Shown: positions 28,201 to 38,662, numbered from the stretch's first letter. The stretch is DNA of 64,000 nt from a virus (IMGVR_UViG_3300024273_002067), one strand, 5' to 3'. The notes: generated from the sequence alone by a model not told the origin. Numbers and translations are program-made.

Positions 28201-30945
28201 AGGGTCATAAAGAAAGGACCTGCCACTTGTAAAATCTACACTTGATGCTTTTTTATAGTCATACATCGTATACGCAATTCCACCACCCTCTTCTTCAGAG
28301 GTGTTACCCCAGAGGAGACCATCTTTACCGCCTGAGTAACCTGCTAATCTTTTGTTAAAAAATAACATAAATTCATTTAAGACTTTCGGTCCATCAGGCT
28401 CTTGCCTATTTTCTGGAACCTTTGTAGAATCTAGTGTCACAATACTAGCCACATCGTTTTCTACCTGTTCATTTTCTTCTTTTTCAGCATCCTCATCCTC
28501 ATCGCCTGATGGTGTTGGTGTTAATCCAGGATTTTCTAATGCGCCCCCCACTCTTGAAACGTCTCCAGTATCACTGAAGACAACATATTCTACATTGTTA
28601 CCTATACCAGGAGCCCCATATCCAATAAAGTTATCAGTTGCTGGTCCAGTGTGTGCAAATACAGCACCATTCATACCTACCCAAGTGCCTAAACTAGTGT
28701 CAAAATCTAACCCATTACCCCAGGTTGGAGGAATCTTTACAGATTCATTTTCTTTGTCTCCTCTTTTATTTAAAACTCTAGTCTTAGTCGTTTGTCCAAA
28801 AAAAGCTTTCTCGGGACCAATTAAATTTCCCATAAATTGCTCAAATGTATAAGCAATCATTCCTGCATTCTTTAGTTCTCTGCCAATTTCATTTGTTGTT
28901 GAAATCTCATTAAGTTTTTCGTCATATGCAGAACCAAATATTGGTACCAAAACTGGTTCAAAATCTCTCTTGTCAGGCCAGAAACCTCTGACCCCTCTTA
29001 TAACAGACTTTGCCACAGGCGATGTAGCCAAAGACTCTAGCCCAGGATTGATTACAAAAACAGTCTTCATTACTCCATAGAAGCCAAAGTTCCAACCTTT
29101 TACGACAGAAACATCACCATCCGAACTTGTTATCCAAGATTTAATAATAGTACAAAACTCTTTTAACTTTTGTAATCCATCAGTATCCAAACTCGCTAAA
29201 ACAACATCTGTAATGTTTGCCAAATCTGCACTTGCGAGACTTCTTATTTTGTCAAAATCTCTATTTTTTTTGTAATCACCAAAATAAAATCTAGTATCAC
29301 CATTAGGCTCTAAATTACCAGGATATGCAGGGGCGAAGCTCTGCGTTAAAAAGCCTACTATACCAGACCTTTTAATAATTATAGATGCTATCATAGACCA
29401 ATCATTCTGACCCAAGTAAGGATTGTCTGTGCCAATTTCCATAGTATTTATAATATGTTTTATTGACTTGTCAGTCCCTTCTTGAGCCTCTTTTTGCAAA
29501 GCTCTATTTTCAGCAATACCAAAACTTATAGCTGTAATAAAGTTATTTACAAAATTAAGTTCATAATCAACAATATTCAATGATTCATTTCTGTCTGGGA
29601 TTTGGTTTCCCAAATCTTTCTTACCATTTTTAGACTCTTCAAATATCATAGGATAATACCTGCCTATAGTTGTGCTTTCTTCTGCTTTATTTCTTGCATC
29701 TACACTGTTAAGATATCCCTGCTCTCCAGCGTCTATTATATATCCCATTATATAAGCCGTATCTCTAGCTATTCTAGAGAAAACTTCAGAAATAGTTAAC
29801 TTTTTTAGCTCGTCTTTATTTTCTTTGTATAAATTGGCTTTTATAGTATTGTTTACTATTTCAAGATTAGCGTCTATTAAAGGGATTATAGATTTTGCTT
29901 TCTGTTTTAATTTATCTAGCTCTTCAGGGGTGGGGGTGGAGCCAAACTTAGGCAAGCCGTCAATTGATTTCCCGAAAAAGCCTTCTGGCTCTCCGCTTGG
30001 GATGGAATATAATTGGACTTTAAAATTTTCTGTTTGACGCATATTAGGACTAAGCCCTCTTAATGCAGGAATCAATATTTCTTCAGTCTCTCGATAAGCA
30101 TTGTCAGACGGTTTTGTAACTTTTATTTGCGTAAATCCAGGAATCTCACCACGACCCGGCACTTTGCTTGATATAATATTTTCACCTCCATCGGGGTTAA
30201 AAGTTAAGGAGCCACTTACTATTCCTGTAATAGGGTCTCTTTTCAACAGCTCCAACTTACTAACTATTTCATCATATTCTTTAGTTAAATTATCAGTTTC
30301 TACCTCTATAGATTTACCAATGTACATTAAGTCAACAATACTTTCTGTGGCTTCTTGATATTCTTTAGTGTCTTTTCCTATAGTAGGGTCTAGCCTATCA
30401 GCTCTCAATTTTTTTGCAGCATACAAATATAAAAATGGTATGTCTGCAAACATTCCCCACTGATTAGGGACAAAAGTCGCTTTTATAGTATAACTTCCAT
30501 CATCTGAATTATATTGAGTAGATGTAGTTTTCATATTTAAAAGCCAAGTTACAGGAGCGCCTAAATACCCTTTAAATGTAAACAAAAACTTAGGTGGAGG
30601 CCACTGAAAAAGTGCAGCATAACTGATTCCATCAGCCTCTGCTCCATAATTTTCTCCAAATACTGTTTTTCCAAACACATCCTTAAATTCTATTTCTACA
30701 ATAGGTTGAAGCGATGTGTTTGTTTCAACTTTTACGTTAGTAATTCCAAAACCTACCTGCTCTCTAAAAAAACCTGTCTTAAAAGTGGGAAAGCCCGTAA
30801 AGTCCTCAACAGAATTAACTATCAAACCAGTGTCTGGGTCTGTTGTTACCTTTCCCTCATTACTTATTGTAGTCAAACGAACGTCTAAATATAAATCTTT
30901 CTCGTTAAACTGTAATTCAGATATATTTTCTGGTATTACTGGCAT
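25300..30945 (-). CDS. Large baseplate hub/tail-associated lysin with GH19 and C-terminal M15 (L-Ala-D-Glu) peptidase domains
   Basis: GH19: KESSF, GDGWKYRGRGYNQIT; M15: RTFEEQ..LY, SLHNYGLAID, WGGDW...DKPHYE; Ser/Gly linker; adjacent to baseplate genes. Confidence 0.82.
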   Translation of the reverse strand: MPVIPENISELQFNEKDLYLDVRLTTISNEGKVTTDPDTGLIVNSVEDFTGFPTFKTGFFREQVGFGITNVKVETNTSLQPIVEIEFKDVFGKTVFGENYGAEADGISYAALFQWPPPKFLFTFKGYLGAPVTWLLNMKTTSTQYNSDDGSYTIKATFVPNQWGMFADIPFLYLYAAKKLRADRLDPTIGKDTKEYQEATESIVDLMYIGKSIEVETDNLTKEYDEIVSKLELLKRDPITGIVSGSLTFNPDGGENIISSKVPGRGEIPGFTQIKVTKPSDNAYRETEEILIPALRGLSPNMRQTENFKVQLYSIPSGEPEGFFGKSIDGLPKFGSTPTPEELDKLKQKAKSIIPLIDANLEIVNNTIKANLYKENKDELKKLTISEVFSRIARDTAYIMGYIIDAGEQGYLNSVDARNKAEESTTIGRYYPMIFEESKNGKKDLGNQIPDRNESLNIVDYELNFVNNFITAISFGIAENRALQKEAQEGTDKSIKHIINTMEIGTDNPYLGQNDWSMIASIIIKRSGIVGFLTQSFAPAYPGNLEPNGDTRFYFGDYKKNRDFDKIRSLASADLANITDVVLASLDTDGLQKLKEFCTIIKSWITSSDGDVSVVKGWNFGFYGVMKTVFVINPGLESLATSPVAKSVIRGVRGFWPDKRDFEPVLVPIFGSAYDEKLNEISTTNEIGRELKNAGMIAYTFEQFMGNLIGPEKAFFGQTTKTRVLNKRGDKENESVKIPPTWGNGLDFDTSLGTWVGMNGAVFAHTGPATDNFIGYGAPGIGNNVEYVVFSDTGDVSRVGGALENPGLTPTPSGDEDEDAEKEENEQVENDVASIVTLDSTKVPENRQEPDGPKVLNEFMLFFNKRLAGYSGGKDGLLWGNTSEEEGGGIAYTMYDYKKASSVDFTSGRSFLYDPTFFTWGQYFGPTRGLEAGSTGGATGNYRNIDNNPVIIAPYAQYPSIPEGEANLIPLAGGIHAGGNYLPVGATFGRRRVNREKDEGEFSQMAMCFLRKLVSGLLPKIQKIQDEVDKVFGQILGKAGEHEDLIYKQMHTLFHQWQILGGRPDGSRINQVNNPKTLTPNVAIELQKAYGQTNPSSETPSSRERSSGSVLGGGFRYDYPLQAIGASDVRVKDALISLAPLYGAKANTTSLNMFQQLCTKNNFMFFPICGNARYDKITDIFSPQEMMGPQIGNFFQVMFQPTPESRTLVANDTEKKQSAAKDLRTFEVQAFPVAFGDPTNKIIKNVQVSTDENKVTAESIVNLQAIVDNDNKNKTVTTDCSLLSVFEGRSYKAGVETMGNAQISPLQFFFLENHTLFTGLYQIIKVTHKISPNDMTTDLSGIKMRYGGNSYGGVLPVTLQDFEDAAGFVKEAPLEGEVKLSAKEQATLDELANSEGRDGGVASGGGGDGGNYAITGTDKGSKTVAGYLGNKDKKRRINKIILECVKKGITSNFSIAAVLSICSKESSFDLKSEGFLYSASRLPEVWSYFKKNDPVANGFVNPKTKKADSDKYQEKIANIVYTQKPVGVRSNGYGNTKEGDGWKYRGRGYNQITFKSGYEKASKNSGVDLVKNPERMLEEDVATAALVGFFNGRRRTTKFGTKSKGYTSRLDGYGCPDNGVTFPDLKNAVFFYYHCNTGPGKTVANVKHKLSPEDPLGGMRKAQSRAPAFLEYINKNFANKGVTIMVEKNSNAGDGSSSSGGSDGTSSDTGGSSSSATDGSSSSSSYAGRSTWDTRYTDKRIKTLHPKIRAKVTEFIIRAEKELGVKLRVTSALRTFEEQTKLYDSGRTTSGPIVTYARAGSSLHNYGLAIDAVEIKDGKALYNSPNEAQIARLGKSIGFEWGGDWKSFTDKPHYEMRFGRSTTQLKALYDSGARDGPYVRI

Positions 30946-30957
30946 TTTTATATATAT

Positions 30958-31269
30958 TTAATTTTTTAACTTTTTTCTTAACATTTTACCTTCCACTTCA
31001 GTCAAAACCTCTCTCAAGGGTAATGGCACTCTAACAACTGTATCTTTGGGTATGTCAAATTCCATGAAATATTCTGGGTTTGCCAATAAAATAAGCCAAC
31101 CATAAGTATCATCTTCATAAACTTCTGCAGAAATCCTATCTAATCTAGTCTTATCAGAATTATAAACCCTAAATACATCAGTATTTCTTTCGTTTATTTT
31201 TATAGGAGGCATTATGTCTGTGCCCTTACCATTTTTTTTTCTCAATAACTTATATCTATCTTTTCCCAT
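30958..31269 (-). CDS. LysM/gp53-like baseplate wedge protein
   Basis: RLDRISAEVYED..YGWLILLANP, VRVP. Confidence 0.75.
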   Translation of the reverse strand: MGKDRYKLLRKKNGKGTDIMPPIKINERNTDVFRVYNSDKTRLDRISAEVYEDDTYGWLILLANPEYFMEFDIPKDTVVRVPLPLREVLTEVEGKMLRKKLKN

Positions 31270-31363
31270 AATAAATTAAATGTATACTATAATAAATATT
31301 ATTAGTTATTTTTTACAGTGCGATAAAAATAATGTAAAAAATAAAAATGTAAAGAGAAGTTAA

Positions 31364-34300
31364 CTATGTACTTTGCCTTCTAGTAAAGTATCCTCCAACA
31401 TCTGTAGATAATGGTGGGTCATCATTAGCATCGGCTCCGAAAGCGCCAATTATATTAAATGACAAAGTTACCTTACACCACATCGGCTGTACTTTTCCGC
31501 CATCAAAGGTCCACGGAGAGCTGGCATAGTCATAAGCAACACTATTAACTAATATGTCATGGTCTAGCCAATCACCTAAAGTTAAATGACAAACTGGTGG
31601 TCTTGAAAATGAAAATCCAGCCTGCTGCCTATCTGACGCTCTATTTCTCGCTGGTCGAGTCATTTTAGAAATAAACTCCATTCTTTTTACAAAATCCACT
31701 TTACTGCCCGAAAAATAAGAGGGTTGAAATATGCTTCTTTTTTTCATTTCAGATAATTTATCCATAGTATTTTCTACAGAACTTTCAACATAGTTTTCTT
31801 TTTTCTCTGTCGTACCAAATGAGTCAAATAATTTATATATATTTACTCCATCAGACGTTCTCTCTGTGAAAGTTTGTGCTCTCTGAGCAGCCAAATTAGC
31901 TGACTCTTGTGCTGCATCTGCAGCTTCATCTAAAGCTGCAGCCTGTCTATTTAACTCTTGATTTTCACTAAGTCGAGTTTTTTCTTTTTCTCCACCTCTC
32001 CAAGGGGGAAACGGTGGAGGCGGAGGTGGCTGCCTATTATTCATTGTAGCATTGGCTTCCGCTCTTAACTCATCTGCCTGAGCACTATCTTGAGTTCTTA
32101 TTGATGAAAACTTATTATTAAATGTTTCAGTTATCTTACTAACCTGTCCCGTCTCTTCGCTAAACTCATAACCAATATCTACCTCAGTTGCAAAATCAGT
32201 CAAAACCCAAAAGGAAACACTTCCATCCCTAGAGGAAGAACCATATGTATATATTGGCTCAGGCCTACCCAGGAAAGATGTGGAATTCCAAGTTGCACTA
32301 TCTCCATGATTAAAAGACTCTATATATGCGGGAAATGACATTGCAGAACCTTCTATTGCTGGTATAGAGTAATTTGTTAAAACAAACCTCAAAGTCTCTG
32401 CACCTTGTGGAGCATATGGATTCTTAATGCTATATCTATTATACGACTTTTTTAAAGTTCCATCAGATTTTTTACCCAAAACAAAAACGCTAGACGTACC
32501 TTCTGAACCTTGCACGTTGAAATTTTGTGCAAATTCAATCCTATCATCGGAGGCTATAGTATCTATGATATGCCTAACACCCCTTCTTCTACTACCGCCT
32601 TTGTCAAAATCAATCTCTATTGAATCTGAAGTATTTGTTTGGGACGCCATATCTACACCTGAACCCAAACCATCTTCATTGTCTAAGTTTGATATTGCCG
32701 TAGGCCTTAATAGCCTTTCTGCAGAATCAGATAAATACGTTCCTTGATTTTCTGCAATAACTTCTGCAGGTGTAGTATTGGTTCTAACTTGCAGCCTCTT
32801 TTGTATTCCAGTCTTGCTTATTAATTCTTGAAATCCAGAAGAGCCAAAATTTCTCAACCCTTCAATTGCACCTTGTACTCCTTTATCATAAGTTTCTCCC
32901 GGTCTACTTTGAAAAGTATTTTGTTGTATATTATGTAATGAAATTAAGTTCGTTACAAAACCTACGCTAGAAGGAGATGAGTAAAATCCTAGACCGTCAT
33001 CAACCCTAGATGTGTCATCCACCAAAGAAGTACCGTAGGTTCCAATGATGTTTTCTCCACCTTCTATTTTTGACAAACTACTTAAAGAATTTCTTTGATT
33101 TAGATATTCTCTACCTCCTGGACTTAGTTGTGTAGATGATGCTTCATCTAAAAACTTTATAGACTCTTCATCATCAAAAACAGATTTTAAATTTTCTTTA
33201 TCACCATTTAACAACTTTTGAGTAGTTCTAAATATAGCTCCTGAAATCTCTAGCCTAGACACCCCAACAAAAGTGCTAGTACCTTCAAGTATAATGTTGG
33301 CACCCAAATTAAATCTGCTAGGATTTTTTGCTAACTGGTCATTTCTAAAGACTTTAGAAATTTGAGACACATCTTTAGCATTAGAAACATTAGAAGACGT
33401 TTGACTTTCTCTGTCAGGCTTAGAAACTTCTCCTAAATCTGTATCATTATCTATGTTATTATTTGTGTTACTATCTCTAAATCCTATAGAATTATTTGCC
33501 AAGTCTTCAGGCTGAGCTATATTGCTATATAAATTATTTAATCTATCTGCAGCTGAATCTTCCTCTAAATTACTATCACCAGGGACATTAGTGGCTAAGC
33601 TAGTAGAAAGATATTGAAAACTATCTCCAACTAGTTCAGAGTTTGAAGGAACATTTGGCACTAAATTAGAATCTCTAAAAGCCTCTGAGTCATCTTCTAA
33701 GCTAGAGTCTATAGGAGAGTTGGAAGATATATCGTCATTCCTAAAAACAATAGAATCTTCTGACAAATCAGTTTTCACAGGCTTGTTTGAAGATAAGTCT
33801 TCTTGCCTGAACTCTTCAGATTGATTCTCTAGATTTGTATTTTTTATTTTGTTACTAGACAAATCTTCTTCCCTAAAAGGAAAGCTATCTGACTCTAAAT
33901 CAGTTTTGCTGGGTGTGTTGTAAGATAGGTCGTCCTGCCTGTAAACGCCAGAGTCAAAATCTAAATTTGATGTAATCTTATTATTTGAAGATAAGTCGTC
34001 TTCTCTAAGTTCAATAGAATCATTTTCTAAATTTGTATTGTTAGGAACATTATTTTGAAGGTCTTCCTGCCTAAAACCTTTTGAGTCGTCTTCTAAGTTT
34101 GTAGTTTTTAATTTATTTCTAGAGGTGGATTCGTTTCTAAAAGGCTCAGAATCGCTGTCTAAATTAATTTCTATATTTTCATTTTTTGAATCTATAGAAT
34201 TTCTGTAAACTGATGAGTCTGATTCTAAATCACTTTTTATTTTAATATTTTTACTTAAAACTTCACTTCTAAAAGGTTCAGAATCTCCATCTAAACTCGT

Positions 34301-35305
34301 TTTAGATTTATCATTTTTAGCTAAAGTGTCTGCTCTATAATTTTGACTTTCTTTTTCTAAGTTAGAATTTTTATTATTATTATTTGACTCATTTGAACTC
34401 CTATAGACAATGGAATCATTCTCTAAGTTAGTACCATTTTCTACATTGTTCTTTAATGAATTAGACCTATACAAAGAGCTTTCAGACTCTAGATTTGTAT
34501 TATTTTTTGTATTTTTTGCCTCATTATTGACTCTAATTTCTTCTGAACTAGATTCGATGCTTAAATTCTCTTCTTTGTTTTTTAAAATTAAAGAGTTTCT
34601 TTTAGACTCTGAGACATTAAGCAAGTCATTATTTTTACTTAAATTCTTTGATTCATTATTTTCTCTAGGAGTATTAGAGTCTACTTCTAAATTTGTTAAT
34701 TTTCTTACATTGTTTTTAACATTATCATGTCTAGCTGTTTCATTTTCTATCTCAACTCTAGAATTGTAAGGGTCGTTATCTGATATGATATTTTTTAATA
34801 ATGATTTCTCTCTATATTCTGCAGAAGATGATTCAATGTTTGAATTTTCTTTTTTATTTTTTCTAAAGTTTTCATTTCTAGCTTCTTTAGATATTGAATC
34901 TATATTTTTAAATATGCTAATATTTTTACTGACAGCACTCTTTCTAGATTCTTCTGCAAAATCTTCTAAACTTTTAGACGATTCTACCAATCTATTTTTA
35001 GATTCTAACCTTTTTCTTTGTAAGTCCCCACTTTCTTCAAGACTTTTTTGATTAGATACAAGATTTTTTGTTAAAGCTTCTCTTATTATTTGAGAATCTA
35101 TTTCTAAGTCGCTATTTGAAATGACATTTTTTGAAAGATTACCCTCTCTAGTCTGTGAATATAAGACATCATATATGTCTTTAGGTTTCTCTAAGTTCTT
35201 AGATAGTAATTTACCTCTTACTTCGTTTGAGTAATCAGAAAAGAAAGCATCTAGCCCATTCCTTCTTTCAAATTCTTCAAATGTTTCATCGTAAGGTACA
35301 CCCAT
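31364..35305 (-). CDS. Baseplate/tube-initiator-like protein with long N-terminal 22-aa repeat region
   Basis: C-term FPAYIESFNHGDSATW..TSFLGRPEPIYTY..SSR..SVSF and LTLGDW motifs; lies between tape measure and wedge genes. Confidence 0.7.
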   Translation of the reverse strand: MGVPYDETFEEFERRNGLDAFFSDYSNEVRGKLLSKNLEKPKDIYDVLYSQTREGNLSKNVISNSDLEIDSQIIREALTKNLVSNQKSLEESGDLQRKRLESKNRLVESSKSLEDFAEESRKSAVSKNISIFKNIDSISKEARNENFRKNKKENSNIESSSAEYREKSLLKNIISDNDPYNSRVEIENETARHDNVKNNVRKLTNLEVDSNTPRENNESKNLSKNNDLLNVSESKRNSLILKNKEENLSIESSSEEIRVNNEAKNTKNNTNLESESSLYRSNSLKNNVENGTNLENDSIVYRSSNESNNNNKNSNLEKESQNYRADTLAKNDKSKTSLDGDSEPFRSEVLSKNIKIKSDLESDSSVYRNSIDSKNENIEINLDSDSEPFRNESTSRNKLKTTNLEDDSKGFRQEDLQNNVPNNTNLENDSIELREDDLSSNNKITSNLDFDSGVYRQDDLSYNTPSKTDLESDSFPFREEDLSSNKIKNTNLENQSEEFRQEDLSSNKPVKTDLSEDSIVFRNDDISSNSPIDSSLEDDSEAFRDSNLVPNVPSNSELVGDSFQYLSTSLATNVPGDSNLEEDSAADRLNNLYSNIAQPEDLANNSIGFRDSNTNNNIDNDTDLGEVSKPDRESQTSSNVSNAKDVSQISKVFRNDQLAKNPSRFNLGANIILEGTSTFVGVSRLEISGAIFRTTQKLLNGDKENLKSVFDDEESIKFLDEASSTQLSPGGREYLNQRNSLSSLSKIEGGENIIGTYGTSLVDDTSRVDDGLGFYSSPSSVGFVTNLISLHNIQQNTFQSRPGETYDKGVQGAIEGLRNFGSSGFQELISKTGIQKRLQVRTNTTPAEVIAENQGTYLSDSAERLLRPTAISNLDNEDGLGSGVDMASQTNTSDSIEIDFDKGGSRRRGVRHIIDTIASDDRIEFAQNFNVQGSEGTSSVFVLGKKSDGTLKKSYNRYSIKNPYAPQGAETLRFVLTNYSIPAIEGSAMSFPAYIESFNHGDSATWNSTSFLGRPEPIYTYGSSSRDGSVSFWVLTDFATEVDIGYEFSEETGQVSKITETFNNKFSSIRTQDSAQADELRAEANATMNNRQPPPPPPFPPWRGGEKEKTRLSENQELNRQAAALDEAADAAQESANLAAQRAQTFTERTSDGVNIYKLFDSFGTTEKKENYVESSVENTMDKLSEMKKRSIFQPSYFSGSKVDFVKRMEFISKMTRPARNRASDRQQAGFSFSRPPVCHLTLGDWLDHDILVNSVAYDYASSPWTFDGGKVQPMWCKVTLSFNIIGAFGADANDDPPLSTDVGGYFTRRQST
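33325..35190 (-). repeat. About 28 degenerate 22-aa (66-bp) tandem repeats
   Basis: Consensus (T/S)NLExDSxxFRxxxLxxN, e.g. NLEDDSKGFRQEDLQNNVPNNT / NLENDSIELREDDLSSNNKITS. Confidence 0.9.
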
Positions 35306-35359
35306 CTCTTTGTTCTTTATATATAAATATTTTTAAATAAAAATAATGTACCTTAATTA

Positions 35360-38300
35360 TTAACTGCTATGCTTAGTGTCTTTTAGAATTATTTCTTGAA
35401 GTTGTTTACCGTCTATTTGAAGTTGTACAATATGAGTTACTTTTGAAGATTCTGCTTTATTTACTTCTGCAACAAACTTACCCATCTCAGCACCACCTTC
35501 AGCCATTATTTCAGCTAATTGCTCTAACTTCTTAACATTCATCCCCTTCACTGCAGACTCTAGCTGTATAACTCCTGCGGCCATTCTTTCAATTCCGTCA
35601 GCTCCCATAGCTAAGTTTGGACCCAAACTAACCATGGTGCCCTTAAGTTCATGTAGAGCCCCTAACATCATTGACATACCATACAAAGCAATCGGATTAA
35701 ACATCAGCATACCTGCTATCGCAAAAAGAGCAAGAGCTGGTCCTAACGTAGCTAACCCATTTGCCAAACTAGTCAATCCTGACCAATTTGGTTTTGTCAA
35801 CCCTATTAATAAAGGGGCTGCAAGGGCCAACATTGGGGCGGCTGAAGCTAACAGGGCAGCGCCTACAAGCAAGCTAAATCCTGACCAAATAATTCCTATA
35901 CCAAATGAGCCAATCGCCTCTGCAAATGGAGCTAAACCACTCCAGTCTGCATCTTTTATCTGCTCTAAGGGCTCCATTGCAGAAACTAAGTACTCTCCTG
36001 CTTGAGCCATTGCGTAGGCGCCAATCAATAATGCAATACCTGCTATAGCCAAAGCTCCTGCCCCTATCAATAAGAAAGGCATTGCAAACGCCATTCCCAC
36101 ACCCAACAAAGTTAATAGTCCAACAACTAGAATTGCTACACCCACACCAGCAAGCACATTCAACCAATCTACATCAGACAGCATTTGTGCAGCATATGCA
36201 AATGGTATTAATGCAATTCCCATTATGCCCATAGCCGCAGCTCCCATCATAACGTCTTTCATTTTCATTTTGCCAAGTATTTTCATTGCTAACCACAAAC
36301 CACCAGCCATAATTACCATAGATGCTGCAGCTGCAGCAAGTTGAGCTCCGTCAGGACTTCCTGAAGCAGCTATTCCTAACATAAACAGACCAACTGAAGC
36401 TCCGATTACCGTTAGTGCAACTCCAAGTTTTAAAATGTCTTGATATTTAACTGATTTAAATGATTTTATACCCATAGCTAAAGACTTTATCCAACCTCCA
36501 CTCGCAGATTTACCTGGGCTTGCTGGAGGTTTCGGCCCCTGAAGGTTTTCAGTTACAGGGTCACCTCCGCCACCACCGGGTAACAGACTTTTAAGCCCCT
36601 TCATAAGACCTCCTCCTGACGAACCTATAGCAAAACCTTTACCTTGCATAATACCATTTGCAAAAGCCTTGGCTGGTCCGAACAAAACTGCCATAGCTAC
36701 CATCAACACTCCAAAAACACCCTTAAGAAATGGTCCTGCAGAATTAATTGACTGAATCACGTCTGTCAATATCTGTATAACAGGTTGGAAAAATGGCACT
36801 AAAGTGTTGATGACAGACTGTTTTAAAGCTTCAACAGAATCCTTAAGACCTTGATTTTGTTTAGCTTGGTCTTCTAATGTCTTCTTCTTTTTTTCTTCAG
36901 CAGCAATTGCATCCTTAATAGAACCTGCTGATATATCTGAAAACTCATCAATACCTTCCATTTCACCCATAAACTCAAGTTTACCTCCCTCTCCAACTTT
37001 AGTCATTTGCATTAAATACGCTTTTTGCTTGTCATCTAAACCATCCAAGCTCGCACCAAGACCTCCAAGTAGGTCCGTTTTATTCATATCTTCTGCATTT
37101 TGACCAATCATATTAGTCAAACTTTCCATAGATTGACCAGTTGCATCTGAAACCATTTGTAGTCTGTCAGTATCTACTGCATCAAACTCTAATTTCCCAG
37201 TTTCAGAGTTAAACGTACCTATGTCTTTACCCATTTCACCCAACAACTTCTGAAGTTCCTCTGGACCTTTACGTGCAGCAGAAAGCAATTGCATTGGGTC
37301 TATAGCAGCAAAAGAGCCTCCTGCCAACTGCAGTTCTGCAGCCATCTCCATTGCACCCTCTATATTTCTTGCTCTTTTACCAGTTTCAAAAATGTCATCA
37401 ACGTTCATACCTAAGCGCTTAGACTCTAAAACCATCCTTCTCATGGAGGCTTCTCCTCCTACAAATCCCATTGTACGCATTTTAGACATGTTTTTGGACA
37501 TCTCTTTCATTACTTCATTTCCACTAACTCCATAAGCTGCAGCGTCTTTCATAGTTTGTGCTGCATCTTCCTCCATCTGTTTTATACCTCCACCAAACTT
37601 CACATATTCCTTTGATAGCTTAGACATTTCTGCTGTATTCAACCCAGTTGACTTACCCATTGCAGCCATACTTTCAGCAGCTTCAGCCAACACTTCAAAA
37701 TTTGTAGTACGAAGGTCTTGACTTAACTGACCCATAGCTTCAGCAGTTTCTCCTACGCTCATTCCAAATCTAGCCGTTTCAGAGGTTAGTGCAGCCATTC
37801 CAGCAGTGTTTTCACTAAAATTTATGCTCGTTTTCATTTGAGCATCTTTTATTGTTCTGTCGTATTCTAAAGCCGAACCTATTAAAGCATCTAACTTAAA
37901 TGACTTAGTCAATTTGGCACCCATTGCACTCAACCCTTTACCCATGTCGAAAACGGTCTCTTGAACGTCATCCATCTGGTCTTTAGTTATATCTAGTTGA
38001 GTATTTAAATCTTGACTCTCAGCCAAAGCATTTTGAAAGGGTTCTACTAAATTTGCTGGCAAATCTGCTTCATTAACTATTTTGTTAACTAAATCATCTC
38101 CATAATCACCCATCTCTTGTAATACAGCACTAATACTAACACCCTCACCTCCAGCTTTTTCAAAAGCTTCTGCAAGTTTCTCTGCCTCCTCAGTGCTTAG
38201 CCCTAACTTATCAGCTAACTCTCCAGAACTTTCTAAAGATACTCCTAGACCTTCTGCTATATCATTAAAAGTTTTATCTAAAGCAGCTGAAGCAGTTTGG

Positions 38301-38536
38301 GCATCAGCCTCAATAGATTTAGCTGTGGCTTCCAATTCTGCCAATTTTGCATTATATTCATCGTTAGTTAGGTTTCTAAAAAACTCATTTCCTCCAATAC
38401 CAAGAAAAGTATTTGAAAGCGAATTAACCATAGTTTGCTGTTGCTCCATAGATTTTGAAGCTTGTTCCATGGCAGCATTATATGCCTGAGCTCTCTTAAG
38501 AGCGTCACCACTAATTCCTTTTTCGTTTGCTGCCAT
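35360..38536 (-). CDS. Tape measure protein
   Basis: 1058 aa, Ala/Gly/Met-rich helical, hydrophobic stretches in the C-terminal half, upstream of baseplate genes. Confidence 0.85.
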   Translation of the reverse strand: MAANEKGISGDALKRAQAYNAAMEQASKSMEQQQTMVNSLSNTFLGIGGNEFFRNLTNDEYNAKLAELEATAKSIEADAQTASAALDKTFNDIAEGLGVSLESSGELADKLGLSTEEAEKLAEAFEKAGGEGVSISAVLQEMGDYGDDLVNKIVNEADLPANLVEPFQNALAESQDLNTQLDITKDQMDDVQETVFDMGKGLSAMGAKLTKSFKLDALIGSALEYDRTIKDAQMKTSINFSENTAGMAALTSETARFGMSVGETAEAMGQLSQDLRTTNFEVLAEAAESMAAMGKSTGLNTAEMSKLSKEYVKFGGGIKQMEEDAAQTMKDAAAYGVSGNEVMKEMSKNMSKMRTMGFVGGEASMRRMVLESKRLGMNVDDIFETGKRARNIEGAMEMAAELQLAGGSFAAIDPMQLLSAARKGPEELQKLLGEMGKDIGTFNSETGKLEFDAVDTDRLQMVSDATGQSMESLTNMIGQNAEDMNKTDLLGGLGASLDGLDDKQKAYLMQMTKVGEGGKLEFMGEMEGIDEFSDISAGSIKDAIAAEEKKKKTLEDQAKQNQGLKDSVEALKQSVINTLVPFFQPVIQILTDVIQSINSAGPFLKGVFGVLMVAMAVLFGPAKAFANGIMQGKGFAIGSSGGGLMKGLKSLLPGGGGGDPVTENLQGPKPPASPGKSASGGWIKSLAMGIKSFKSVKYQDILKLGVALTVIGASVGLFMLGIAASGSPDGAQLAAAAASMVIMAGGLWLAMKILGKMKMKDVMMGAAAMGIMGIALIPFAYAAQMLSDVDWLNVLAGVGVAILVVGLLTLLGVGMAFAMPFLLIGAGALAIAGIALLIGAYAMAQAGEYLVSAMEPLEQIKDADWSGLAPFAEAIGSFGIGIIWSGFSLLVGAALLASAAPMLALAAPLLIGLTKPNWSGLTSLANGLATLGPALALFAIAGMLMFNPIALYGMSMMLGALHELKGTMVSLGPNLAMGADGIERMAAGVIQLESAVKGMNVKKLEQLAEIMAEGGAEMGKFVAEVNKAESSKVTHIVQLQIDGKQLQEIILKDTKHSS

Positions 38537-38602
38537 TTTATAAACTTATATTAATAATAAATATAGTTCAATAAAAATAATTAATTTTAAATTAAAGTAA
38601 AC

Positions 38603-38634
38603 AAAAAAAAAGGATGACACATGCCATCCTTTTT
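38603..38634 (-). terminator. Intrinsic terminator
   Basis: AGGATGGC-ATGT-GTCATCCT followed by T run. Confidence 0.8.
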
Positions 38635-38662
38635 AAATATATTTTAAACAATTTTATCAATT

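Noticed and set aside
33325-35190. 66-bp periodicity and portal 15-bp repeats as a possible CRISPR array
   Set aside because: The repeats are in-frame and protein-level with no identical DNA repeat-spacer structure; no cas genes are present.
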